Below are positions 1 through 9,646 of a stretch of DNA of 64,000 bases, one piece after another. Under the pieces are notes generated by a model. It was not told where the DNA came from, did no database searches, and worked only from the letters and a program-made list of their open reading frames with translations. The translations under genes and the position numbers were made by a program. Source of the DNA: an uncultured Actinomycetota bacterium (GTDB lineage Bacteria > Actinomycetota > Actinomycetes > CAVWCF01); contig CAVWCF010000001.1 in assembly GCA_963753435.1 (NCBI GenBank), forward strand, positions 1,440,001 through 1,504,000. The letters run 5' to 3'. Position 1 is the stretch's first letter. Every line of letters begins with the position of its first letter.

Positions 1-1017
1 GACCTGGTCGATCCGCACGGCGGCCTTCGCGATCTGGTGTCGCGGCGGCTGATTACGCCGGCCCCTCCGGAGGAGTCGTTCAGCGACGACCCGCTGCGGA
101 TGCTGCGGGCGGCGCGGTTCGCGTCGCAGTTGGACTTCGACGTGGACGACGCGGTGGTAGCGGCGGTCGGCCGCATGGCCGAGCGGCTTTCGATCGTCTC
201 GGCCGAACGAATCCAACAGGAGTTGGTGAAGCTCATCGTGGGGCGTTCACCGCGCCGCGGCCTGGCCCTGCTGGTGGACACCGGGCTGGCGCAGTGGGTG
301 TTGCCGGAACTGCCGGAGCTGCGCCTGGAAGTCGATGAGCACCACCGGCACAAGGACGTCTACGAGCACACGCTGACCGTCTTGGATCAGGCGATCGCGT
401 TGGAGTCCGGACCGGACGGACCCGTTCCCGGACCGGACTTCGTGCTGCGGTTCGCGGCGCTGATGCACGATGTGGGGAAGCCGCGCACGCGCAAGTTCGA
501 GCCCGGCGGCGGCGTGTCGTTTCACCACCACGAGGTGGTCGGGGCGCGGATGACCCGCAAACGGATGCAGGCCTTGCGGTTCAGCAACGACCACATCGAC
601 GACGTCAGCAAGCTGGTGGAGTTGCACCTGCGCTTCCACGGATACGGCGGTGGGGAGTGGACCGATGCCGCAGTCCGCCGCTACGTACGCGACGCCGGGC
701 CGCTGCTGGAGCGGCTGCACCTGCTGACCCGCGCCGACTGCACCACCCGCAACCGACGCAAGGCGGCAGCCCTGGCTCGTTCCTACGACTCCTTGGAGCA
801 GCGGATCGCCGTGCTGGCGGAGCAGGAGGAGTTGGCCGCGATCCGACCGGACCTGGACGGCAACGAGATCATGCAGGTTCTCGGCCTGTCCCCGGGACCA
901 GAGGTGGGCGAGGCCTACCGCTACCTGCTGGAACTGCGCCTCGATGAAGGGCCGCAAACCCCGGAGCAGGCCGCCGCTGCGCTGAAGCAGTGGTGGGCCG
1001 AACGCAATAGCAGTTGA
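1..1017 (+). CDS. CCA tRNA nucleotidyltransferase with HD domain (5' partial)
   Basis: Frame open from position 1; motifs FSDDPLRMLRAARF, VSAERI, HHRHKDVYEH, LMHDVGKP (HD domain); usual position near ino1/rpsF in actinobacteria. Confidence 0.93.
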   Translation, partial: DLVDPHGGLRDLVSRRLITPAPPEESFSDDPLRMLRAARFASQLDFDVDDAVVAAVGRMAERLSIVSAERIQQELVKLIVGRSPRRGLALLVDTGLAQWVLPELPELRLEVDEHHRHKDVYEHTLTVLDQAIALESGPDGPVPGPDFVLRFAALMHDVGKPRTRKFEPGGGVSFHHHEVVGARMTRKRMQALRFSNDHIDDVSKLVELHLRFHGYGGGEWTDAAVRRYVRDAGPLLERLHLLTRADCTTRNRRKAAALARSYDSLEQRIAVLAEQEELAAIRPDLDGNEIMQVLGLSPGPEVGEAYRYLLELRLDEGPQTPEQAAAALKQWWAERNSS

Positions 1018-1036
1018 GAGTTCCGGCGCTACTGGT

Positions 1037-2332
1037 TCAGCTGGACTTGGAGCGCAGGGCGTCCGCCGCGTCGGCGCGCGGGTACCAGAACGCCAAGGCC
1101 GCGAACCCGATCGCCGCGATCGCCGGAATTACTCGATCAACTCCGCTGTCCGGCAGTACCAGCGCGGCCGCGACGGCGGCGCCGACCAGCGCGAAGTTGA
1201 ACAGCAAGTCGTAGATGCTGAAGACCCGGCCCAGGTAGGAGTCCGCGCAGGTTCGCTGCAGGGTCGAGTCGACGACGATCTTCGTGCTCTGCACGGCGAA
1301 GGCCACGGGGGCGGCCGCGAGCACCAGTGGCAACTCGGCTAGTGGCAGCACCCCCAGAACGATGGCCGCGGCGGCGCCGGCCAGAACCGCTCCCGTCCAG
1401 TGCCCCGCACCCCAGCGGCGCACGGCTCGGGGGGTCACCAGCGCCGAGATGAGGATGCCCAGCCCGGCCATTCCGGCGGCTGCGCCAAGTGAGGCGATGC
1501 CGGCATCGACGTCGTCCACGTCGTTGAAGGTCGCCCGAAACAACAGCACCCCTTGCACGGTCACCAGGCCGTACATCGCTCGCGACCCGGTCATCACCGT
1601 GAGCGCATCACGCGCTGCCGGGCGCTGCCGGATGTGCGTGATCCCCTGACCCAGGCCGCGCAGGACGTCGGCGACGGCCTCCTGAAGCCGAAGCTGCACG
1701 GGCCGGTCCGGTCCGAGCAGGTCCCGGGCCATGGTCAGTGCCAGCAGCCCGGCCAAGGCGTAGCTGACGGACGCGACCACGACCACGGCAGCGGAGGCCG
1801 CGTCGCCGCTTCCCAGTACCAGCCGCAGCCCGATGGCTGCGCCACCGCCGATGAACGAAGCAAACGTGCCGATGGTCGGCCCGACCGCGTTGGCGCCGAT
1901 CAGGTACTGCGGCTCGACCGTGTGCGGCACCGACGCCTGCAGGGCCGAGAGGATGAAGCGGTTGGCCCCGATGACGATCAGGGCGGCCACACCCAGGCGG
2001 AGATCGGCCACGCCGGCGGCGACGATGGCGGCCAGGCCGATCGCGCCGATGGCGCGGCCGACGTTGGCGACCAGCAGCGTCTGCCGACGCGACCAGCGGT
2101 CCAGGAAGACGCCGGCGAACGGCCCGATGAACGAGTACGGCAGCAGCAGGACGGCGAACGAGGCGGCCACCGCAGCGGCCGTCGACTGCCGCTCCGGGGA
2201 GAACAGCACGAATGCGGCCAGACCGGCGTTCAGGGCCCCGTCGCCGAACTGGCCGACCAGGCGAACCGCCAGCAGGCGCCGAAAGCGGGAGTCGGCCAGG
2301 GCGGCGCGCAGATCGGCAACCCGTGACTCCAC
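1037..2332 (-). CDS. MFS transporter
   Basis: Many hydrophobic helices, MFS motif A GVFLDRWSRR; start placed at GTG 2332 because the ORF-track extension is Arg/Pro-rich and overlaps the next gene. Confidence 0.85.
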   Translation of the reverse strand: MESRVADLRAALADSRFRRLLAVRLVGQFGDGALNAGLAAFVLFSPERQSTAAAVAASFAVLLLPYSFIGPFAGVFLDRWSRRQTLLVANVGRAIGAIGLAAIVAAGVADLRLGVAALIVIGANRFILSALQASVPHTVEPQYLIGANAVGPTIGTFASFIGGGAAIGLRLVLGSGDAASAAVVVVASVSYALAGLLALTMARDLLGPDRPVQLRLQEAVADVLRGLGQGITHIRQRPAARDALTVMTGSRAMYGLVTVQGVLLFRATFNDVDDVDAGIASLGAAAGMAGLGILISALVTPRAVRRWGAGHWTGAVLAGAAAAIVLGVLPLAELPLVLAAAPVAFAVQSTKIVVDSTLQRTCADSYLGRVFSIYDLLFNFALVGAAVAAALVLPDSGVDRVIPAIAAIGFAALAFWYPRADAADALRSKSS

Positions 2333-2361
2333 AGCGGCACCCTTGCACGCCGACGCAACAA

Positions 2362-2392
2362 CGACGCCCCCCACGCTGGGTGGGGGGCGTCG
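2362..2392 (-). terminator. Intrinsic terminator-like hairpin after the ScyD/E gene
   Basis: Perfect 13-bp stem CGACGCCCCCCAC/GTGGGGGGCGTCG, 5-nt loop, followed by TTGTTG on the minus strand. Confidence 0.75.
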
Positions 2393-2409
2393 CCTCGGGG
2401 GAGAAGGTG

Positions 2410-3561
2410 CTACAGGTCGAGCCGAATGATCCGGCCGGGTGCGGGCGGTCCGTCGGTGCAGATGCCGGCTTCGGCGACGTAGACGTGTCCGTCCGGTCCG
2501 ATCTCGACCGCGCTGGGGCATTCGACGAACGCCGCGTCGCTGGCGGCACTGTCGCCGGGGTCGATCCGGGCCACCTGGAAGCCGAACAACTCGGCGACGT
2601 AGATGGTTCCGTCGTCAGTGACGGCGAGGTCGGTGGCCCCGGTGAAGCCGGTGGCGATCTGCTCGACGTCCCCGGTGACATGGTCGATGCGGAACACGCT
2701 GCCGGTACCCGGCAGTTCCGGGAACCCAGGCAAGGAGGAGACGTAGTAGTCGCCGTCCGGGCCGATCTCAATATCGGTCGGAACCGGCTCACTTTGGAAT
2801 GGCTCGCCAGCGCACGGCTCGAGGGTGTCCGCCGGCAGCGGGTCCATTCCCAGCTCCTCCAGAACCGCATTGATGTCGGCCATTACCGCGGCCAGGGCGT
2901 CGCTGGTGATCGTCTGCTCGACCGGCGGCAGCACCGCGACCGTGCTCATTTGCTTGCCGTTGGCGGAGATCCGGACGATGTCGTTGCCCGCTGCGTCTCC
3001 GACAAGCCGCGTGCCGTCGGGGGCCACTGCCACCGAGTACGGGTTGGAGTCGATACCGCCGTTGCTGGCCGGGGGTCCGATGAAGTCGACGACGATTTCA
3101 GCTGCATCGGTGCAGTCGACACCGGGTTCCACGAGGCCGTAGATGTTGCTGGCATCCGGGTTGAACCGCTGCTCGTAGCGCAGCAGTGAGCGCAGCTCCT
3201 TCGGCCTGCCGTTCTTCTTGATCATGTTTACCGTCGTGTCCGTCGGTGGGCCGTCGGCGAACTCCGGAGGTGCGGACACGGTGTAGTGGACGAGTTGGCC
3301 GGGGGCGGCGTCGACGCCGCCCATGAAGCCACCTTCGACGTTGGCCAGGGTTGTTCGCGAACCCGATGACGGGTCCACGGCGGTCAGTTGCCCCACGAAT
3401 GACTCCGACACGTAGACCGTGCCGTCGTCGCCGATGGAGAACGCCAACGGCGAGAAGACGTTGTCCACCAGGACGTGATCGTCGGCCGCCGCCGGTACCG
3501 CGCCGAGGCCGATCAGGCCGAGCGCCGCTACCGAGGCGACTGCGCTGCGCTGGAATTTCAT
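2410..3561 (-). CDS. Secreted ScyD/ScyE-family beta-propeller protein
   Basis: Signal peptide ending PAAA-D; motifs SNPYSVAV, DAAGND, EPVPTDIEIGPDGDYYVSSLPGFPE; RBS GGAGGGG. Confidence 0.8.
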   Translation of the reverse strand: MKFQRSAVASVAALGLIGLGAVPAAADDHVLVDNVFSPLAFSIGDDGTVYVSESFVGQLTAVDPSSGSRTTLANVEGGFMGGVDAAPGQLVHYTVSAPPEFADGPPTDTTVNMIKKNGRPKELRSLLRYEQRFNPDASNIYGLVEPGVDCTDAAEIVVDFIGPPASNGGIDSNPYSVAVAPDGTRLVGDAAGNDIVRISANGKQMSTVAVLPPVEQTITSDALAAVMADINAVLEELGMDPLPADTLEPCAGEPFQSEPVPTDIEIGPDGDYYVSSLPGFPELPGTGSVFRIDHVTGDVEQIATGFTGATDLAVTDDGTIYVAELFGFQVARIDPGDSAASDAAFVECPSAVEIGPDGHVYVAEAGICTDGPPAPGRIIRLDL

Positions 3562-3673
3562 TGGTGCCCCCTCCAGGGAAGAGTCGCGCCGAAGCCGGCT
3601 ACGACACCGGTCTTGCTACTCCTGTCGCCGCAGCCGGCGCTACCGGTTCCCGATAAGGGCGCCTGGAAATATG

Positions 3674-3707
3674 CGAAAACCCCGCACCTGACGGCACGGG
3701 GTTCTCG
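3674..3707 (-). terminator. Terminator-like hairpin after ino1
   Basis: Minus strand CGAGAACCCCG...CGGGGTTTTCG just after the ino1 stop. Confidence 0.65.
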
Positions 3708-3728
3708 ACGGAAGTGGCGGGTGTGGCG

Positions 3729-4808
3729 TCAGCGCTCCACGGTGCCGTTGATGAAGTCCTCGACGTTGGTCTTGGCCTTGTCGTCGGCGTACTGCACCGG
3801 CGGCGACTTCATGAAGTACGAAGACGCGGACAGGATGGGTCCGCCGATGCCGCGATCGAGGGCGATCTTCGCCGCGCGGATTGCGTCGATGATGATGCCG
3901 GCGGAGTTGGGTGAGTCCCAGACCTCGAGCTTGTACTCCAGGTTCAGCGGCGCGTCACCGAAGGCGCGGCCCTCAAGGCGGATGAACGCCCACTTGCGGT
4001 CGTCAAGCCATTCGACGTAGTCCGACGGTCCGATGTGAACGTTGCGGTCCTCCAACTTGCCGATCATGTTGGAGGTCACGGCCTGCGTCTTGGAGATCTT
4101 CTTCGACTCCAGGCGCTCGCGCTCGAGCATGTTCTTGAAGTCCATGTTGCCGCCGACGTTGAGCTGGTAGGTGCGGTCCACCACGACGCCGCGGTCCTCG
4201 AACAACTTAGCCAGCACGCGGTGGGTGATGGTGGCGCCGACCTGGCTCTTGATGTCGTCGCCGACGATCGGCACTCCGGCGGCCTCGAACTTGGCCGCCC
4301 ACTCCGGGTCGGAAGCGATGAACACCGGCAGGGCGTTCACGAAGCCCACACCGGCATCGATCGCGCACTGGGCGTAGAACTTGTCGGCCAGTTCCGAGCC
4401 CACCGGCAGGTAGGAGACGAGGACGTCGACCTTGGCATCGCGCAGCACCTGCACCACGTCGACTGCCGGGTCGTCGGACTCGGTGATGGTCTCGGAGTAG
4501 TACTTGCCCAGACCGTCCAGAGTGTGGCCGCGCTGCACGACGACACCGCTGGGCGGCACGTCGGCGAACTTCAGCGTGTTGTTCTCGCTGGAGAAGATGG
4601 CGTGGGCCAGGTCCTGGCCGACCTTCTTGGCGTCCACGTCGAACGCGGCGACGAACTCGACGTCGCGGACGTGGTACTGCCCGAACTGCACGTGCATCAG
4701 ACCAGGCACTGCCGAGTCCGGTTGCGCGTCCTTGTAGTACTCGACGCCCTGGACGAGCGAGGAGGCGCAGTTGCCTACGCCGACGATGGCCACGCGGACG
4801 GAACCCAT
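3729..4808 (-). CDS. ino1: Inositol-3-phosphate synthase
   Basis: [47 protein letters not shown] motifs. Confidence 0.97.
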   Translation of the reverse strand: MGSVRVAIVGVGNCASSLVQGVEYYKDAQPDSAVPGLMHVQFGQYHVRDVEFVAAFDVDAKKVGQDLAHAIFSSENNTLKFADVPPSGVVVQRGHTLDGLGKYYSETITESDDPAVDVVQVLRDAKVDVLVSYLPVGSELADKFYAQCAIDAGVGFVNALPVFIASDPEWAAKFEAAGVPIVGDDIKSQVGATITHRVLAKLFEDRGVVVDRTYQLNVGGNMDFKNMLERERLESKKISKTQAVTSNMIGKLEDRNVHIGPSDYVEWLDDRKWAFIRLEGRAFGDAPLNLEYKLEVWDSPNSAGIIIDAIRAAKIALDRGIGGPILSASSYFMKSPPVQYADDKAKTNVEDFINGTVER

Positions 4809-4812
4809 GCGG

Positions 4813-5427
4813 CTACTCCTTGTCAGTTTCGGCGCCGGGAATCGACGCCGGGTCAGTGGTGCGATCAGATGGTGCGATTGCGGTGCTGGTGGAACGGGCG
4901 CGCTCGTCGTCGATCAGTTCCGACAACCAGCGCACTTCGCGCTCGACTGAGTCGAGGCCGTGCTGGGCGAGGCGCTCGGTGTAGCCGTCGACCCGTTCGC
5001 GCGTGCGCGACAAGCTCTCGCGCAGCGTGTCCAGGCGTTCCTCCAGGCGGCTGCGCCGGCCCTCGAGGATGCGCAGGCGAACGGTCTCGTCGGTGCGGGT
5101 GAAGAAGGCCAGGCGCACCTCGAAGGACTCGTCCTCCCAGGCCGTTGGGCCGGCCTCGGTGAGCATCTCGCCGAAGCGATCCTTGCCGTCGGCGGTCAAC
5201 TCGTAGACGACTCGACCACGCCCGCCGCGGCCACCAGGCTCGCGACTTGAGGTGATCAGGCCGCGCTGCTCCAGATCGCGCAGGGCTGGGTACAAGGAGC
5301 CGAACGAGAAGGCCCGGAACGAGCCGAGCAGGGTGTTGACCTGCTTGCGCAGCTCATACCCGTGCATCGGGGCCTCGTGGAGCAGGCCAAGGATGGCCAA
5401 CTCCAGAACCCCGCTACGCCTGCCCAC
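4813..5427 (-). CDS. PadR-family transcriptional regulator
   Basis: [34 protein letters not shown]; GTG start with GGAGG RBS; conserved upstream of ino1. Confidence 0.92.
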   Translation of the reverse strand: MGRRSGVLELAILGLLHEAPMHGYELRKQVNTLLGSFRAFSFGSLYPALRDLEQRGLITSSREPGGRGGRGRVVYELTADGKDRFGEMLTEAGPTAWEDESFEVRLAFFTRTDETVRLRILEGRRSRLEERLDTLRESLSRTRERVDGYTERLAQHGLDSVEREVRWLSELIDDERARSTSTAIAPSDRTTDPASIPGAETDKE

Positions 5428-5471
5428 AAGTCCTCCACCGGGCCCGTGATGGGCCTGAATAGGGTTGCTCA

Positions 5472-5492
5472 GATGTATCACTTCGATACATC
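5472..5492. promoter_or_regulatory. Palindromic operator, probably for PadR
   Basis: GATGTATC-N5-GATACATC perfect inverted repeat about 45 bp upstream of padR. Confidence 0.6.
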
Positions 5493-5632
5493 GTGTGCGG
5501 ACGATAGCCGGTTGTTCACCGGGGCGCAACGTCCTGGCCACCTTTGGCGACTGTGGTTTGCCCGGGCGACGCGGCGGGTACCTGAGCAGAGATCGGCGGG
5601 AGGTCCGGACATGGCTGCGTACCCTTTTGCGC

Positions 5633-6022
5633 ATGCGCTCGCGCCGCGGCGTCATCGATTACGCCCTGCAACGGCGAGCCACCCTGGTCTCGCTGTTCAC
5701 CGGCCTGGCCACGCCCACGGACTGCTGCGACGCCGATCCCTATCTCTTGCGCGCCGCCAAGCACCACGGCGAACCGGCAGAAATCGACTGCCCGGTCTGT
5801 CGCCGTTGCCGGCTGACGCTGCTGCGGTACACATTCGGCGACCAACTGGGTCAATACTCCGGCCGCATCAAGGCGCCGAAAGAACTGGAGCAGATGGCCG
5901 CCGAACACGGCGAGTTCACCGTGTACGTGGTGGAGGTCTGCGTGGAGTGCGGCTGGAACCATCTGGTCGAGTCCTACGTCCTGGGAGACGGAATCGACCG
6001 TCGCCAGCGAGCAGCGCGATAG
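5633..6022 (+). CDS. DUF5318-family protein
   Basis: IDYALQRRATL, CDADPYLLRAAKHHGE, CPVC, YVVEVC..CGWNHL; TACCCT -10 hexamer 7 nt before the ATG. Confidence 0.85.
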   Translation: MRSRRGVIDYALQRRATLVSLFTGLATPTDCCDADPYLLRAAKHHGEPAEIDCPVCRRCRLTLLRYTFGDQLGQYSGRIKAPKELEQMAAEHGEFTVYVVEVCVECGWNHLVESYVLGDGIDRRQRAAR

Positions 6023-6035
6023 GGGCCACTGACAG

Positions 6036-8177
6036 GTGAGCGAAACGATTACTCCCCCGCGACGGGGGTGGCGCAGCCGGGTGCCCGGGTGGAAGTTCTG
6101 GGTATTCACCCCGCTGGTCGTCGTCGCGCTGGGCATCGTCGGGTTCGGGGTCGTCTACGCGTTGACGGACGTCCCGGACGCCAACGCGGAGGCGACCAGC
6201 CAGACCACGATCGTCTACTGGGACGACGGCGAGACCGAACTGGGCCGACTGTCGGAGCAGAACCGCACTTCGGTGGCCCTGGGCCGAATGCCGTTGGCGC
6301 TGCAGCAGGCAACGCTGGCCGCAGAGGACCGCGACTTCTACTCCCACCGCGGCGTGAGCCCCACTGGAATCGGTCGGGCGGTTTGGAACAACTTGCGCGG
6401 CGGGGACGTGCAGGGCGGGTCCACGATCACCCAACAGTTGGCCAAGAACCTCTACCTGACCCAGGAACGGACCTTCACCCGCAAGTTCACCGAGCTCGTG
6501 CTGGCGATAAAACTGGAGAACACCTACAGCAAAGATCAGATCCTCGAGGACTACCTGAACACGATCTACCTGGGCCGCAGCGCCTACGGAGTGCAGACCG
6601 CTGCGCGGCAGTACTTCGACAAGGACGTCGATGAGTTGAGCGTCGCGGAATCGGCCGTGTTGGCCGCGATCATCCGCAGCCCGGGTTCGTACTCCCCGGA
6701 TGAGTTCCCCGAACGGCTGGAGTCGCGCTGGAACTACGTCTTGGACGTGATGGTCGAGGAGGGCTGGCTGTCCCAGGCGGAGCGAGCCGAGCAGGAGTTC
6801 CCGGAGATCCGCCAAAGCGTGCCGGCGAACTCCCTCGGCGGGCCCAACGGCTATCTCATCGAAACGGCGCGACTGGAACTGGTCGAACTGGGCTTCAGCG
6901 AAGAGGAGATCCTCCGCGGCGGGCTGCGGGTGCGCACCACTTTCGATCGGGACGCCCAGGCCGCGGCGGTCACCGCCGTCGAAGAGCAGCGGCCGGAAAC
7001 CAACGCCGACGGCGTCCGCGTAGGACTGGCCGCCGTAGAACCTGGAACCGGAAACGTGCGGGCGCTGTACGGCGGTGAGGACTACGTGCAGCGGCCGTTC
7101 AACGATGCGACCCAGGCGACCGTGGAAGCAGGTTCGACCTTCAAACCGTTCGGGCTGATCGCTGGGCTGGAGGCCGACAAGTCGCTGTTCTCCCGCTTCT
7201 CCGGTCGCTCCCCACGCACTTTCGAACTCGACGGCGGGGAGGAGTACCGAGTCACCAACTTCGGTGACGTGTCCTACGGGCGCATCACGCTGCTGAAGGC
7301 GACGGAGGACTCGGTCAACACCGCCTACGTCGAACTCGGGCTGGATGTCGGTCCCGACAAGGTCGTCGAGGTCGCTCGGCGCGCCGGTGTGCCCGAGTCG
7401 GTCCAGATCGACGCTGAGCCGTCGGTGGTCCTGGGTCCGGCCGCGCCGACTGCGCTGGACATGGCCGGCGCGTACTCGACGTTCGCCGCCGACGGGGTGC
7501 AGGCCGACCCCCGCACCGTCCTGGAAGTGCGCGCCGCCAACGGGTCCGTGCGCTACGAGGCCGAAGACGACACCGAGACGGCATTCGAGCCCGACGTAAT
7601 GGCCGACTTGAACATCGCGCTGCAGCGCGTCGTGACGCGCGGCTCCGGCTTCCGAGCCGACGAACTGGGACGGCCCAGTGCCGGCAAGACCGGTACCAGC
7701 CAGGAGAACAAGTCCGCCTGGTACGTCGGTTACACACCGCAGTTGGCGACGGCGGTCACGCTGTTCCGCCCCGACGAGAACGGCAACCCGACGAGTTTGC
7801 GCGGCGTCGGCGGTAGGGCCACGGTCACCGGTGGTTCGTTCCCCGCCGCCATCTGGACGGAGTTCATGGGCGAGGCGCTCGCCGACGAGCCGGTGCTGGA
7901 GTTCACCGAACCCGAGCCGGAGCGCAACGACGGCGGGGGCGACCAACCCGCGCCGGCGCCGGCCCCGGCGCCGAGCGAAGAGCCGTCGCCGACCGAGGAG
8001 CCCACGCCGAGCGAAGAGCCCACGCCGACCGCCCCACCGACCCCGACCGAGGAGCCCACGCCGACGACTCCGCCGACCCCGACCGCCCCACCGACCCCAA
8101 CGACGCCGCCCTCGCCGCCCAAGCCCACTAGCTCTCCCGGTGGCGGCGGTGGTGGCGGGGCGCCTCCGGGCGGCTGA
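6036..8177 (+). CDS. Class A penicillin-binding protein (transglycosylase/transpeptidase), PonA-like
   Basis: EDRDFY, GGSTITQQLAKN, YLNTIYLG transglycosylase motifs; STFK, SVN, KTGT transpeptidase motifs; N-terminal TM helix. Confidence 0.95.
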   Translation: MSETITPPRRGWRSRVPGWKFWVFTPLVVVALGIVGFGVVYALTDVPDANAEATSQTTIVYWDDGETELGRLSEQNRTSVALGRMPLALQQATLAAEDRDFYSHRGVSPTGIGRAVWNNLRGGDVQGGSTITQQLAKNLYLTQERTFTRKFTELVLAIKLENTYSKDQILEDYLNTIYLGRSAYGVQTAARQYFDKDVDELSVAESAVLAAIIRSPGSYSPDEFPERLESRWNYVLDVMVEEGWLSQAERAEQEFPEIRQSVPANSLGGPNGYLIETARLELVELGFSEEEILRGGLRVRTTFDRDAQAAAVTAVEEQRPETNADGVRVGLAAVEPGTGNVRALYGGEDYVQRPFNDATQATVEAGSTFKPFGLIAGLEADKSLFSRFSGRSPRTFELDGGEEYRVTNFGDVSYGRITLLKATEDSVNTAYVELGLDVGPDKVVEVARRAGVPESVQIDAEPSVVLGPAAPTALDMAGAYSTFAADGVQADPRTVLEVRAANGSVRYEAEDDTETAFEPDVMADLNIALQRVVTRGSGFRADELGRPSAGKTGTSQENKSAWYVGYTPQLATAVTLFRPDENGNPTSLRGVGGRATVTGGSFPAAIWTEFMGEALADEPVLEFTEPEPERNDGGGDQPAPAPAPAPSEEPSPTEEPTPSEEPTPTAPPTPTEEPTPTTPPTPTAPPTPTTPPSPPKPTSSPGGGGGGGAPPGG
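7971..8114 (+). repeat. Eight degenerate 18-bp tandem repeats encoding the Pro/Thr-rich PBP tail
   Basis: Units encode PSEEPS, PTEEPT, PSEEPT, PTAPPT, PTEEPT, PTTPPT, PTAPPT, PTTPPS. Confidence 0.85.
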
Positions 8178-8203
8178 GCCGCAAGATCGGCCAGGATGCA
8201 CCT

Positions 8204-9646
8204 GTGCAGGTGCTCCCGTCGCGTACGGATCCGCTGGTCGCGGCGGCTAGTCCGGCCGTGGGGGGTCAGGCCGGTTCCCGGGTGCGATCGGCAAGTGGCT
8301 GGTGGACGCCGCTACGGGTGTGCCTGGCGCTGACGGTCCTGGCCGGCATCCTCAGCGTCATCCGGATCTCGCCGTGCCTGGCCGACGGCTGGACCGAAGG
8401 CGACCAGTTCCGCCTCGGCTGCTATTCGGACATCGGGGTGCTGTACGGCAGCCGCGGCCTGGAGGGCGGTGCCGGTCCGTTCAACCCGGACGAACCGCTG
8501 GAGTACCCGGTACTGACTTCCTTGACGGCCGGTGTCACCGCCTGGCTGACGGATCGCGTGGACGCCATCGACGGTCAGCGCAGCAGCAGCGTGCAGCGCA
8601 CGCAGACGTTCTTCATGTTCAACGCCGTGCTACTGCTCTCGGCATGGGTCGTTGCCGTTGCCCTCATCGTCCGCGCGACCAGGTGGCGACCTTGGGACGC
8701 CGCCCTCCTGGCAGTGGCGCCGGGGGTACTGCTGGCCGGGTTGGTCAACTGGGACCTGCTGGCGGCGGTGTGCGTTGTCGCCGCGCTGTTGGCCATGGCC
8801 CGGCGACGCCCGATGTGGGCCGGCGTGCTGTTGGGGCTGGGAGCGGCGCTGAAGTTGTACCCCGCGTTGCTGCTGCTGCCGATCGTCCTGATCGCGTGGC
8901 GTCGACGCGACCCCCAACCGGCGTTCCGCGCGATCCTCGGTGCCGCGATCGCGTGGTTGGCCGTCAACGTGCCCGCCTACCTGGCCGCGCCAGAGGCGTG
9001 GTCCCGGTTCTACGAGCTGAGTCGGGAGCGCTCGTACTCCTGGGGTTCGGTCTGGTTGGCGCTGTCCGATGCCGGTTGGTACGACGCGACCGGCTCCCTG
9101 AACGTGCTGGGGCCGGCGCTGTTCGCCGTTGCCTGCCTGGGTCTGGTCTTCCTGACCTGGCGGGCGCCGATGCCGCCGCGGCTCGGGCAACTCGCGTTCC
9201 TGGTGGTGGCGGCGTTCCTGATCGTGAACAAGGTGTACAGCCCGCAGTTCGTGGTGTGGCTGGCCACGCTGCTCCCGTTCGCCCGGCCGCGGTGGCCCGC
9301 GGCGGTGGCCTGGTTCGCAGCGGAAGCTGTCTACTTCGCGGCGGTGTGGGCTCACCTGGAGGGCGTCACCAACCCGGACTCGATGATCCCCACCTGGCCA
9401 CACACGCTGGCCACTTTCGTGCGGTTGGGTGCCTTGTTGGTGTTGCTGGGCCTGATCGTTCGCGACGTGCTGAATCCGGAGACCGACGTGGTCCGGACTT
9501 CCGCGCCACCGGACGCCGGTGACGACCCGCTTTGGCCGCTGCCCTCAGTCCCAGCCGAGGACGCGGTCGAAGGCGGCGGTCGTCATGCGCGCGTCCACGT
9601 CCAAGAAGGAGCCCACGTCCGGAGCCATCCCGGGCCGGGCCAGTAG
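8204..9646 (+). CDS. GT87-family polyprenyl-phosphate-dependent membrane glycosyltransferase
   Basis: CYSDI, LEYPVLT, NWDLL, KLYP, NKVYSPQF motifs; polytopic membrane protein. Confidence 0.88.
   Translation: MQVLPSRTDPLVAAASPAVGGQAGSRVRSASGWWTPLRVCLALTVLAGILSVIRISPCLADGWTEGDQFRLGCYSDIGVLYGSRGLEGGAGPFNPDEPLEYPVLTSLTAGVTAWLTDRVDAIDGQRSSSVQRTQTFFMFNAVLLLSAWVVAVALIVRATRWRPWDAALLAVAPGVLLAGLVNWDLLAAVCVVAALLAMARRRPMWAGVLLGLGAALKLYPALLLLPIVLIAWRRRDPQPAFRAILGAAIAWLAVNVPAYLAAPEAWSRFYELSRERSYSWGSVWLALSDAGWYDATGSLNVLGPALFAVACLGLVFLTWRAPMPPRLGQLAFLVVAAFLIVNKVYSPQFVVWLATLLPFARPRWPAAVAWFAAEAVYFAAVWAHLEGVTNPDSMIPTWPHTLATFVRLGALLVLLGLIVRDVLNPETDVVRTSAPPDAGDDPLWPLPSVPAEDAVEGGGRHARVHVQEGAHVRSHPGPGQ

Noticed and set aside
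7971-8114. Possible CRISPR-like repeat array
   Set aside because: In-frame coding tandem repeats with no spacers and no cas genes
5916-8201. 761-aa minus-strand ORF (likewise 53230-54789 and 49383-50294)
   Set aside because: Antisense to well-supported genes (PBP, Fe-S protein, grpE/dnaK); no motifs of their own
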